NCBI GenBank assembly: GCA_025059745.1
Contig: JANXDH010000004.1
Coordinates: 533,646 to 597,645, forward strand
Reading direction: 5' to 3'
From: Aigarchaeota archaeon
Lineage (GTDB): Archaea > Thermoproteota > Nitrososphaeria_A > Caldarchaeales > Calditenuaceae
Length of the DNA: 64,000 nt
Numbering within the stretch: position 1 is the stretch's first letter; every line of letters starts with the position of its first letter. The notes below the pieces were generated by a model. That model had not been told where the DNA came from. It did not search any database and worked only from the letters and a program-made list of their open reading frames with translations. Below, piece after piece: positions 10,014 to 18,664 of the stretch. A program made the position numbers and the translations under genes.

Positions 10014-10700
10014 ATGAAGGCCGTCATTCTCGCGGGCGGATACGGTAAGCGTCTGAGGCCTCTAACAGACTCCATGCCCAAATCCATGGTCCAGATAGCG
10101 GGGAGACCGATAGTCGAGTGGCAGTTGTTGTGGCTCATAAAGCACGGAATAGACGAGTTCATCCTGTGCGTCGGATACTTGAAGGACAAGATCATAAACT
10201 ACATAGGTAGCGGTCAGAGATACAACGTAAAGGTGGGCTATGTGGTCGAGGACGAACCTTTGGGTACCGCGGGTGCACTGAGGAACGCTGCTCACGTCCT
10301 GGCGAGGGGCGAAAACTTCTTCGTGATCAATGGCGACATCATAACAGACCTATCACCTGTCAGCATGTTGGGGAAGATAGGCGACGCAATCGGCTCCATA
10401 GCGATAGTCCCACTCCCCTCACCTTACGGTATCATAAGGTTCGACAGCGATATGAGGGTCAAGGAATTCGCTGAAAAGCCCACGTTACATGACTATTGGA
10501 TAAACGCCGGCGTGTACCTGTTCAAGCCCGAGGTTATAGATTACTTGCCCGAGAAGGGTGATCTGGAGCGAGAGACGTTACCGGTCCTCGCCCGTCAGGA
10601 GAGGTTGATCGCTTCTCCTTATAGAGAGGTCATGTGGAAGAGCCTAGACAGTCACAAGGACCTCGAGGAGGCAGAGTCCATCCTCTTGAAAGCGAGGTGA
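10014..10700 (+). CDS. sugar-phosphate nucleotidyltransferase (NTP-transferase fold; G1P thymidylyl/uridylyl or mannose-1-P guanylyltransferase-like)
   Basis: MKAVILAGGYGKRLRPLTDSMPKSMV signature motif of nucleotidyl-sugar pyrophosphorylases. 228 aa. Confidence 0.8.
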   Translation: MKAVILAGGYGKRLRPLTDSMPKSMVQIAGRPIVEWQLLWLIKHGIDEFILCVGYLKDKIINYIGSGQRYNVKVGYVVEDEPLGTAGALRNAAHVLARGENFFVINGDIITDLSPVSMLGKIGDAIGSIAIVPLPSPYGIIRFDSDMRVKEFAEKPTLHDYWINAGVYLFKPEVIDYLPEKGDLERETLPVLARQERLIASPYREVMWKSLDSHKDLEEAESILLKAR

Positions 10701-10745
10701 AAGAAGAGTTTTTTATCCACGTCTCCGCAACCGTGGTGGACGACT

Positions 10746-11072
10746 TTGCAACGGCCCGAATCATTCATAAGGATCGAGGTAGACAGTCTCGAAGATCTGG
10801 CCATGCTAGCGTCAATGCTACCCATCCCTCACCTGAACTACGACGTCAGTGGCCGCGTCCTTTACCTATTACTTGTTGGGCCGAGTTGGTGGGGCCTGAT
10901 CTACTACTACAGACTCGATGCCGACCTAAACGCCAAATTCCTCCAAGTCGATAAGTTCACGGGCAAGGTCACGACGGGAGATAAGTCATCTATTGACCCA
11001 TCGATTACATCAATCGCAATCATCAGGGTGAGGTCTCAAGAGTTCGATGTGACTAAAGGCTTCTCGCCATAA
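10746..11072 (+). CDS. hypothetical small protein (uncertain; could be non-coding)
   Basis: 108-aa ORF with unbiased composition fills a ~350-bp gap between convergent genes. No recognisable motifs. Confidence 0.25.
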   Translation: MQRPESFIRIEVDSLEDLAMLASMLPIPHLNYDVSGRVLYLLLVGPSWWGLIYYYRLDADLNAKFLQVDKFTGKVTTGDKSSIDPSITSIAIIRVRSQEFDVTKGFSP

Positions 11073-11550
11073 CATACGCATTCTCTCCATCTAGGTAGTA
11101 ATGTTTCAGGACCTCGCTCACTACGAAACCTAAGTTCTCATATAATCTTATTGCTTGCCAGTTACTCACCCGGACCTCGAGGAAGACCTCATCACACTTA
11201 TATCTATCCTTAAGGACGCTCAACGCCACTTCCATCAGGCGTCTCCCCACCCCTCGTCCACGATACTCTGGAAGGACCGCGATAGATATGACGTGTCCAG
11301 CCCTCCTGTATCTAAACCTCTCAATCTTTGAGAAGATCCTCTCGACGCGGCACATTATGTACCCGACGACCATCGAGTCAACCTCTGCCACCAGGAACGC
11401 GTTAGGAAAGGTCTCGTAGATGTTATGAAAGAAAGAGTAACTGTAGTTCTCAGGGAGAGATACTCGATTGATATGCATGATCGTAGGTAGGTCCTCGGAC
11501 TTAGCCTCCCTGATGTGGACCGAGAGACCGTCTCTATCAGTCCTTTGCAA
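11053..11550 (-). CDS. ard1: N-alpha-acetyltransferase Ard1/NatA-like (GNAT family)
   Basis: Colinear with Sulfolobus Ard1 (EDLPTIMHINRVSLPENYSYSFF, VGYIMCRVE, GHVISIAVLPEYRGRGVGRRLM, LEVRVSN, GENAYVMARSL). The ORF track extends to 11718, but that part overlaps the M50 protease gene and its TATA box. An in-frame TTG at 11550 gives a 166-aa product matching Ard1 length. Confidence 0.7.
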   Translation of the reverse strand: MQRTDRDGLSVHIREAKSEDLPTIMHINRVSLPENYSYSFFHNIYETFPNAFLVAEVDSMVVGYIMCRVERIFSKIERFRYRRAGHVISIAVLPEYRGRGVGRRLMEVALSVLKDRYKCDEVFLEVRVSNWQAIRLYENLGFVVSEVLKHYYLDGENAYVMARSL

Positions 11551-11607
11551 GACGCTATAATTTACGGAGATATAGGGATTGATAAAAGCATCGCCGTGAT
11601 AACGCAA

Positions 11608-11621
11608 GGGTTTATAATACG
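11608..11621 (+). promoter_or_regulatory. TATA box (gggtttataatacg) immediately upstream of the M50 protease GTG start
   Basis: Located 8-20 nt upstream of the GTG at 11629; the same A/T block may serve the divergent ard1. Confidence 0.4.
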
Positions 11622-11628
11622 CTTGTAG

Positions 11629-12777
11629 GTGAGTAGATGGAATAGTTTGGGGGTAGAACCCGAGACGTACGCGGAGAAGCTCGGTAGTATAAAGAGCGCC
11701 GTTTACAGTCTGTTCCACGTGTCTGATGTGAGATACGAGGCCGGAGTCCTCACCTTCATCACGGAGAAGGCCGACATCAAGGACGCCTTCAAGAGGTTGT
11801 ACAACGATCTAAAGCCGATGGGTTACGTCCCGACCGCTGAGAGAATGGGAGACTCGGTGGTCATAAAGATCTACCCCTTCAAACCCCCCAGGATAGGCAG
11901 CGCGAGGCTACCGTTGATACTAATGGCGGTCACCTGTACGACGGTCTTCATCGACGGGTTGCTCAGGTCGAACGGGATCTACAAGTACGCCTCAACGGTC
12001 TATGAAAACTTCAACGCTTGGTACTACGCAGCCCTCTTCACGGTCTCGCTGTTGGCTATCATAGGCATTCACGAACTAGGGCACAAGATAGTCGCTCGTA
12101 TGAGGAAGATCGACTCGACTCTCCCCTACTTCATACCCGGGATACCGGGGGAGATACCAACTTTCGGAGCTGTTATACTCCAGAAGGGTCCCTTGGTCAA
12201 CAAGGACGACCTCTTCGACCTCGGTATAAGTGGTCCCATCGCTGGGTTCGCCGTCAGTCTCCTCGTCCTCTTCTTAGCTTACTCAACGGCAATCTGGGTG
12301 CCCTATGGGACAGCAGAGGACTTGTACAGGTGGATGCAGAGCGAGGGAGGGATCTTCCTACCGAGGCCGTTCATCTTCGACATCTTCGAGAGCTTCTTGG
12401 GGAGGGACTCAGAGGTGCCCCTGATCGCCTTCACACCCTACGCGTTCCCGGCATGGCTGGGCATGCTGGTGACGGGACTGAACATGGTGCCCATATGGCA
12501 ACTGGACGGGGGCAGGGTAATGAGGGCTCTGGTCAGCAGGAGAGTTCACATGATATTGTCGTACGTGGGCGCCGTCTTCTTGTTCATCACTGGTTACGTT
12601 CTGATGGCGTTACTGCTCCTGTTACTTATGCGGAACACCATGGATCTGCAACCGCTCGATACGGTCTCCTCGCTATCCCTATCGAGGAAGCTGATCTTTC
12701 TGGGTGGACTCGTGATGCTCGCGGTGACCTTCGTAGCCCTCCCCAGCCCCTTCATTCCTCAATTAAGGGGTCAGTGA
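11629..12777 (+). CDS. site-2 protease family (M50) membrane zinc metalloprotease
   Basis: HELGH zinc-binding motif inside a TM helix and multiple hydrophobic segments. 382 aa. Confidence 0.8.
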   Translation: MSRWNSLGVEPETYAEKLGSIKSAVYSLFHVSDVRYEAGVLTFITEKADIKDAFKRLYNDLKPMGYVPTAERMGDSVVIKIYPFKPPRIGSARLPLILMAVTCTTVFIDGLLRSNGIYKYASTVYENFNAWYYAALFTVSLLAIIGIHELGHKIVARMRKIDSTLPYFIPGIPGEIPTFGAVILQKGPLVNKDDLFDLGISGPIAGFAVSLLVLFLAYSTAIWVPYGTAEDLYRWMQSEGGIFLPRPFIFDIFESFLGRDSEVPLIAFTPYAFPAWLGMLVTGLNMVPIWQLDGGRVMRALVSRRVHMILSYVGAVFLFITGYVLMALLLLLLMRNTMDLQPLDTVSSLSLSRKLIFLGGLVMLAVTFVALPSPFIPQLRGQ

Positions 12778-13759
12778 CGTAACCGTGCGGAATCAAGCAG
12801 ACTGAGAGACCCTTACCGTGCAGACGAGTGATGTAGTGAACTGAGTCCTGGATCGTATCGAACGATCGAAAACCGCAAACTCCCTCCACGTAGCTCTTCG
12901 GGAGCGGTGTCACCATGCCCACGTGATAGTTCTCCCTTACCCCTTTTACGCTCGTGGCCATCAGATAGTGATAACTCGACTCATCGTCCACTTCAGAGGT
13001 CAACAAGTACCTCAACAACTTCTCTGAACCGATGCCCTTCTCGCACTCAGTCACGAGTATGACCGTACCGGAGCCCTTTATGACACGGGAGGATAAGAGG
13101 AGCGCATTGATGCTCAGCATGAGGGTCTGGTCGAGCGGCTCACCGCCAACTGAAGCTATGACCGCGTCGTAACGTTTAGGTAACCTAGCGACGTAGGACC
13201 CGCCACCTGTCTCATCGGACGAGACGGACAGGAGTGATCCGTCCAGTCCGAAGGAGAGGCCCACGGTCGTCACCTCTAAGGAGGACGCCCACCTTGATAA
13301 CGCATCGGGCCATACGCCGACCATGCCCGAGACAGCCGTAATGAACCTCTGAGACGAACTCGAGAGACCACTGAGGGGTGTAGGTAAAGTCGGCACAATG
13401 AACGCCACACTCTTGATGTCTTTCAACAGATCACCTCTCTTTACGAAGTCATCCACCAGGTGGACCCCTTCCCTATCACTGAAGTCACGGATAATTACAT
13501 CACCCATTACCTCACCGACCCTCCAAGTACTGAGGAGGATCGGCCTCGTCTCGAGTTGAGATATGAGGTCCGCGTACGCCCTCAGTGGTAGGTAATCTAC
13601 GACAACCGCATCAGTACCCCTTGTCCTCTCCCGGACCTCTTCGACTACGTTCGAACTGATGTTCTCAGACCTTACTTGGGGTATCGCCGTGTAGACCTCA
13701 GCCTCATCGGGTAGATCGAACGAGTACTCGAATTTCCCCCTCCTCAACCAGTACTCCAA
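12752..13759 (-). CDS. hypothetical protein; N-terminus resembles LarA/DUF2088 (lactate racemase N-terminal) domain
   Basis: N-terminal pattern (YG..E..LPDEA.V...P) recalls DUF2088, but the protein is only 335 aa. Lies 14 bp downstream of gnd on the same strand. Weak assignment. Confidence 0.3.
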   Translation of the reverse strand: MEYWLRRGKFEYSFDLPDEAEVYTAIPQVRSENISSNVVEEVRERTRGTDAVVVDYLPLRAYADLISQLETRPILLSTWRVGEVMGDVIIRDFSDREGVHLVDDFVKRGDLLKDIKSVAFIVPTLPTPLSGLSSSSQRFITAVSGMVGVWPDALSRWASSLEVTTVGLSFGLDGSLLSVSSDETGGGSYVARLPKRYDAVIASVGGEPLDQTLMLSINALLLSSRVIKGSGTVILVTECEKGIGSEKLLRYLLTSEVDDESSYHYLMATSVKGVRENYHVGMVTPLPKSYVEGVCGFRSFDTIQDSVHYITRLHGKGLSVCLIPHGYVTDPLIEE

Positions 13760-13772
13760 CCATAGCTCGACC

Positions 13773-15170
13773 TCATGTCAGCCTCCAAGTGGAGTGGAAC
13801 TCGCCCTCTCTATCGGATCTCCTGAACCCGTGGGCCCCGAACAGGTCACGTATCGCCTGTATCAAGTTAGTAGGTAGACGCTCTGAGGTCATCATGAGGA
13901 AGTAGTTGAACGCCGATGAAATAACGGGTATCGGTAGGCCTGAGGACGCGGAGAGCCTGATGAACTCCTTCCATCTCTCCACCCTCTCGAGGGTACCCTT
14001 CGTGAAGATGGGTGTGCTGAAGAGGTACCTGCTACTCGATTCTTCCGACTCATATGCCGTCTGCACTATCTTAGACCGGATTATACAACCCGAGCGCCAG
14101 ACCCTTAACGCCCTGCGGGGCTCCGTCTGGTAACCGAGACTCTCGATGGCCGCGACCAGCATGGACAGGCCCTGCGAGTAACTCATCACGTACGTGCCGT
14201 AGAGCGCGGCCTCCGAGAGTCTTTCAGCGAGTAACCTTCCGATCCTCTCATATGTCAATCTAGGAAACGACTTACTCAGCGCCAACCTGTCGCCGCGTGA
14301 CGTCGATGCAATCCTCTCAGTTACTGCCGCGTCGATGGAGGGGGCCGGAACTCCGAGCCTCATGGCCTCCTCGCTCGCCCACATCCCCGTGCCCTTCTGT
14401 TCCGCCTCATCGACCACCTTCTCCACCAACTCGACCTCACTACCCTCCTCGCGGAACCTCAAGACCTGCGACGCGGCCTCTAGAAGGTAAGATCCGAGCT
14501 CACTACCGTTCCACTCGGAGAAGCAGTCAGCGATCTGACCGTTGCTGAGACCCCCCACCCTCCTCAGGAACTGATAGACCTCAGCTATGCCGCCGAGCAT
14601 GGCGTACTCTATGCCGTTGTGTACTATCTTCACGAAGTGCCCGGCTCCACCCCTCCCAAAGTACCCCTCGCATGAATCATCGTTATACTTGGCCGCGATC
14701 GACCGTAGGAGCTCCCTCACCTCGGCGTACCCAGTCTCATCTCCACCCACCATGATAGAAGGTCCTTTGAGCGCGCCCTCAACTCCACCACTCACACCGA
14801 CCCCTAGGAACCTGATACCCTCACGTAGGAGCTCCTCGTAACGTCTCTCGGTATCTCTGAAGTGGGAGTTCCCGAAATCGAGCACTATATCGCCCCTCGA
14901 GAGCAGTTTCTTCAGCTCAGCTACGTAGTCGTCTACGGGTTTGCCAGCCTTGACCATTAAGATTACGAGCCTTGGAGGACTCAGGGAATCTACGAACTCT
15001 CTAAGCTCCCTGTAGCCCCTCACCCTCAAACTCCCGCACTTCTCCTTAAGGAAACTCTCGACCTTCTCGTAAGTCCGGTTATAGAGCGAGACGGAGTACC
15101 CTCGACTCTCCACGTTGATCACTATGTTCTCCGCCATGGGACCCAGTCCTATGATGCCGACCTCTCCCAA
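13773..15170 (-). CDS. gnd: 6-phosphogluconate dehydrogenase, decarboxylating
   Basis: N-terminal IGLGPMAENIVIN Rossmann motif, 6PGDH catalytic domain, and C-terminal FGAHGFRRSD..GEFHSTW tail typical of Gnd. 465 aa. Confidence 0.9.
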   Translation of the reverse strand: MGEVGIIGLGPMAENIVINVESRGYSVSLYNRTYEKVESFLKEKCGSLRVRGYRELREFVDSLSPPRLVILMVKAGKPVDDYVAELKKLLSRGDIVLDFGNSHFRDTERRYEELLREGIRFLGVGVSGGVEGALKGPSIMVGGDETGYAEVRELLRSIAAKYNDDSCEGYFGRGGAGHFVKIVHNGIEYAMLGGIAEVYQFLRRVGGLSNGQIADCFSEWNGSELGSYLLEAASQVLRFREEGSEVELVEKVVDEAEQKGTGMWASEEAMRLGVPAPSIDAAVTERIASTSRGDRLALSKSFPRLTYERIGRLLAERLSEAALYGTYVMSYSQGLSMLVAAIESLGYQTEPRRALRVWRSGCIIRSKIVQTAYESEESSSRYLFSTPIFTKGTLERVERWKEFIRLSASSGLPIPVISSAFNYFLMMTSERLPTNLIQAIRDLFGAHGFRRSDREGEFHSTWRLT

Positions 15171-15283
15171 ACCAGACTAGCTCCGTGTACCTCATAAGAT
15201 AAATGTGTCAGTAATACGACCGGCTCTCAACTCGGATGGGAGGGTATTAAAACGTAATAAACGCCCGCTCCATTCCGACCCTC

Positions 15284-15661
15284 ATGCGTTACGTCAGGGC
15301 TAGGGACTTGGAGGAGAGAACCAAGCGGATGGTCGATGCCCTCGGTCTGAACCATATAGACCCCGAGAGGGTGATCTGCATCAGGAGTTACGGATCTCGG
15401 TCCAAGAGGACGCTCGCTAGGGTCCATGCACCCTCGAAGGCCGTACTCGCGGCCCTGAACATGAAGCCCGTCTACGTGATAGAGTTCATTGAAGAAGCAT
15501 GCAGGAGACTGACCGATGAGCAGCTGGAGGACGTTATTCTCCACGAACTGCTTCACATCCCCAAGTCGTTCAGTGGAGGCCTGCGTGGCCACGACGCTAG
15601 GTTCTCCTCGGAGTTAGAGAGTTACAGGAAGTTCCTCAGTAGAGCTCGCAGATACCGATGA
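15284..15661 (+). CDS. small predicted zinc metallopeptidase (HExxH; SprT/WLM-like minimal domain)
   Basis: HELLH motif in a 125-aa protein. The 3' end overlaps the convergent cyclase gene by 26 bp. Confidence 0.45.
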   Translation: MRYVRARDLEERTKRMVDALGLNHIDPERVICIRSYGSRSKRTLARVHAPSKAVLAALNMKPVYVIEFIEEACRRLTDEQLEDVILHELLHIPKSFSGGLRGHDARFSSELESYRKFLSRARRYR

Positions 15662-16304
15662 CCGTGCAAGGTGTGCTGTCAACCCCCTCTATTAATAGCG
15701 GAGCCACTATGACCAGATCGTAATAGTTATCCTTCCCCGCGAGCGCCATGTCCTCTATGATCAGGAGGTCGGGGGCCGACAGGAGAACTCTATGTGACCT
15801 CCATCCCTCATCTCTGTGACGCGGAGATCCTATGCTTATAGCGTCTGTGCCCACGCATCTGAGACGCGGATAGAACTTGATCAGGTACTTCGCGCCCTCC
15901 TCGGATATACACGGTCCATCGTTCGCGAACTTGACCGGATCGCTCACCGCCATGCGCTCGATACCAGTGCGTATCATGACTAAGCCCGACCTGGATATGG
16001 CCTGCTCATGCGCCTCGAGATCTCTTCTCGTTATCAGCTCCCCAGGTCCCTTGGGTACGTCTATAATGACTCCCCTCTTGAAGACTAACTCCTCCGGTCT
16101 GAAGTCCGAGATCGCTCGCCCCTCACCGTAGAAGTGTCTCTGGGCGTCCACGTGTGTTCCAACGTGGTTACCCAACATCATAGCGTAGCTGTTGCTCGTA
16201 TCCCCTGAGGAGATCTGACGCAACGGTGAGACCCTCAGAGGCATCATTCCGGGGTACACCGGAGTCCTCTCAGATAGGGTCTTTGATAATAGTGCCGCCT
16301 TCAA
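15636..16304 (-). CDS. cyclase-family metal-dependent hydrolase (kynurenine formamidase-like)
   Basis: HVGTHVDAQRHF motif (HxGTHxDxPxH of the PF04199 cyclase family). 222 aa. Confidence 0.8.
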   Translation of the reverse strand: MKAALLSKTLSERTPVYPGMMPLRVSPLRQISSGDTSNSYAMMLGNHVGTHVDAQRHFYGEGRAISDFRPEELVFKRGVIIDVPKGPGELITRRDLEAHEQAISRSGLVMIRTGIERMAVSDPVKFANDGPCISEEGAKYLIKFYPRLRCVGTDAISIGSPRHRDEGWRSHRVLLSAPDLLIIEDMALAGKDNYYDLVIVAPLLIEGVDSTPCTVIGICELY

Positions 16305-16370
16305 CTTTTCAATTCAATCCGTTCGTCGAGTTAAATAATTTTTCGATTCTCCACCTGAACGAGCTCGGTA

Positions 16371-16384
16371 AGGGTTTATATCTC
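16371..16384 (+). promoter_or_regulatory. TATA box (agggtttatatctc) for the Fgd-like gene
   Basis: Centred ~27 nt upstream of the GTG at 16403. Confidence 0.45.
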
Positions 16385-16402
16385 TAGGCCCCGGCCTTTG
16401 AG

Positions 16403-17449
16403 GTGAGTATGGTGACCAGATCGCTCCAGTTGGGGTACTGGGCCGCGCAAGAGCAGTACTCGCCGGACACTCTCTTGAAGTTTGCGATACGAGCGGAGAT
16501 AATGGGCTTCGACATCATAGTGACGAGCGATCACTTCCACCCATGGAGCGACACCGGTGGCCAAAGCGGTCATACGTGGATCTGGTTGGCGAGCGTGGCC
16601 GAGCGCACGAAGAAGGTCGAGGTCGGCACCGCGGTCACCACTCCCCTCTTCAGGTATCATCCCGCCATAGTGGCGCAGGCGTTCTCCACGCTCGACCACC
16701 TATATCCTGGGAGGATCTTCCTAACAGTCGGTACTGGACACGCGATGAATGAGGTGCCCTTAGGTTACTCCTGGCCGGGGTACAGAGAGAAGGTGGGTAG
16801 GTTGAAGGAGGCGATAGAGGTGATCAAACTCCTCTGGGAGGGTGACTTCGTGACGTATGAGGGCGAGTACTATAGGCTGAACACCGCAAAGCTCTACACG
16901 AAGCCCAAGAGCAAGATCAGATTATACGTCGCGACGTCCAATGAGAGAGTAGCCGAGATAGCAGGGACGCACACGGACGGGATCTTGACGAACCCGAGGG
17001 GACTAGAGAACCTTAAGGAGATAATCGAGTCGATGGAGAAGGCGGCCAGGCGCGCCGGGAGAGACCCGTCTACTCTGAGCAAGTGCATGGAGTTCAAGGT
17101 CTCCTACGACCTCGACTACCAGAGGGCACTAAGGGCGGCCAGTTTCTGGGCGCCGACCGCTATACCGAGGGAGAAGAGGGAGAAGGTCGCCGACCCAAGG
17201 GTTCTGGAATCTATGGTGACGGAGAAAGAGATAGAGAAGATAAAGCGGACCTGGCTGATAACGACGGACTCCGACGACATATTCAAGGCACTGGGGGATT
17301 TCCTGAAGCTAGGGTTCGATAGAGTATACATACATAGCGCCTCCCCCAACGAGGAGCGATTTCTGAACCTCCTAGGCAGGGAGATACTGCCTTGGATGAG
17401 GGAGTACTGGGAGGAGCTGAGGGCTCCTATCAGATCTGCGGCGGAGTGA
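16403..17449 (+). CDS. fgd: F420-dependent glucose-6-phosphate dehydrogenase family oxidoreductase (luciferase-like monooxygenase class, Fgd-like)
   Basis: Block-by-block similarity to actinobacterial Fgd1: LGYWAAQEQYSP, VTSDHFHPW, FRYHPAIVAQAF, LTVGTGHAMNE, GEYYRL, FWAP, WLITTDSDD. 348 aa. Confidence 0.7.
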   Translation: MSMVTRSLQLGYWAAQEQYSPDTLLKFAIRAEIMGFDIIVTSDHFHPWSDTGGQSGHTWIWLASVAERTKKVEVGTAVTTPLFRYHPAIVAQAFSTLDHLYPGRIFLTVGTGHAMNEVPLGYSWPGYREKVGRLKEAIEVIKLLWEGDFVTYEGEYYRLNTAKLYTKPKSKIRLYVATSNERVAEIAGTHTDGILTNPRGLENLKEIIESMEKAARRAGRDPSTLSKCMEFKVSYDLDYQRALRAASFWAPTAIPREKREKVADPRVLESMVTEKEIEKIKRTWLITTDSDDIFKALGDFLKLGFDRVYIHSASPNEERFLNLLGREILPWMREYWEELRAPIRSAAE

Positions 17450-17450
17450 T

Positions 17451-18608
17451 CTAAGACGTTACGGAGTGGTGCCACCTCAGGATGTACTCCGGTAACTTCA
17501 GTCCCCTCTCCTGTAGTTTGTAGACCAGTAGGAGCGGTATGGGGCTGGAGGCGAACGCGGCCTTAAGATAGAAGTCATTGGGACCACCATCGAAGGAGTT
17601 GGATGGTATGTAGTACGAATAGTCCGAAAGGGCCTCTATCGTTGATCCCTTGGTACCGACTATTGATGCGACGACGCCCCCCATCTTCTTGAAGTTCTTA
17701 CACCACGCGGCAACGACCTCTATCTCTCCGCTCTGAGATATGACCAATAAGAGATCTCCAGCCCTCGGTGAGGGCGTGCTCGCGTCCCCTGCGACATAGA
17801 CCTGGTCCCCTATGGCCCTCTTCACGTGTCCCAACCTCACTGCGGTCATTCTGGCTACCTCCCTGCTGCTCCCTAAACCGGCAAGGAAGCAGACGTGCCT
17901 TTTCTCGAGCATATCGACGACGGTCTTCATGAAGTCCGATCTCACGACGTCCTCCACCACCTTCGTCACCTCCGAGGTGAAAGACGCTATGTACTCACGG
18001 ATCTGACTGGCCGGCGCGTCCCTGTTCAAGGTCTCGGCCAACCCATAGAGGAACAGGAGACCTCCGAGAATGAAGACGTCCTCTAATATACCAACTGATC
18101 TGAACTCGACGGTATCGATCTTGTCTTCACTGAGCTCCCTCCCCTTCAGGACCATGAGTGTGCCGTACTTGTAACCGAGTTTACCTAGCGGAGACTCCGG
18201 GTCACTCGTTATCACGTCTATCTTATGGTCCTTATAGTTCTCGGACTTGGCGATCAATAACGCGAGCTTTTGAGCGTCGATCAGCGGTAGGAGAGACTTC
18301 CCGCTACCGGAGAGTATTAGGAGCGAGATCTGCCCGAATCGTCTCCTCAACGTGGGCGCGGCCTCGTCTATATGCCTCGCGGGGAAGCCTATGTCACCCC
18401 TATCGATGACCACCTTACCGTTCTTCATCTTAGCTAGCTCGCTACAGAATATGCTCAGGGCACCCTTCGTCCTCCCCTCAGCGCTTGGTACTATAACGCC
18501 GGAACTCCTGATATCGGTATAGATGTCCTCGGTCGCCTTGTTGTCCAGTTCGTACAGATTGTTTACGATTTTGTTGATGAAACCAATCGAGGCGGAAATT
18601 TCACCCAT
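17451..18608 (-). CDS. double SIS-domain sugar-phosphate isomerase/deaminase (GlmS-C / AgaS / PGI-PMI-like)
   Basis: The C-terminal half matches the SIS/6-phospho-3-hexuloisomerase pattern (GLGSSREVARMTAVRLGH..DLLLVISQSGEIEVV..). The N-terminal half carries a second SIS-like core (ISLLILSGSGKS...VITSDPESPLGKLG). 385 aa. Confidence 0.6.
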   Translation of the reverse strand: MGEISASIGFINKIVNNLYELDNKATEDIYTDIRSSGVIVPSAEGRTKGALSIFCSELAKMKNGKVVIDRGDIGFPARHIDEAAPTLRRRFGQISLLILSGSGKSLLPLIDAQKLALLIAKSENYKDHKIDVITSDPESPLGKLGYKYGTLMVLKGRELSEDKIDTVEFRSVGILEDVFILGGLLFLYGLAETLNRDAPASQIREYIASFTSEVTKVVEDVVRSDFMKTVVDMLEKRHVCFLAGLGSSREVARMTAVRLGHVKRAIGDQVYVAGDASTPSPRAGDLLLVISQSGEIEVVAAWCKNFKKMGGVVASIVGTKGSTIEALSDYSYYIPSNSFDGGPNDFYLKAAFASSPIPLLLVYKLQERGLKLPEYILRWHHSVTS

Positions 18609-18664
18609 CCTAAGTTCACCTCTCTCTCCCTGAATAAAAGTATTAACCCATTAACATGGGTTTT

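Noticed and set aside
14297-14841. Pro/Ser/Arg-rich plus-strand ORFs antisense to gnd
   Set aside because: Compositionally biased translations typical of GC-rich antisense frames; gnd on the minus strand is unambiguous.
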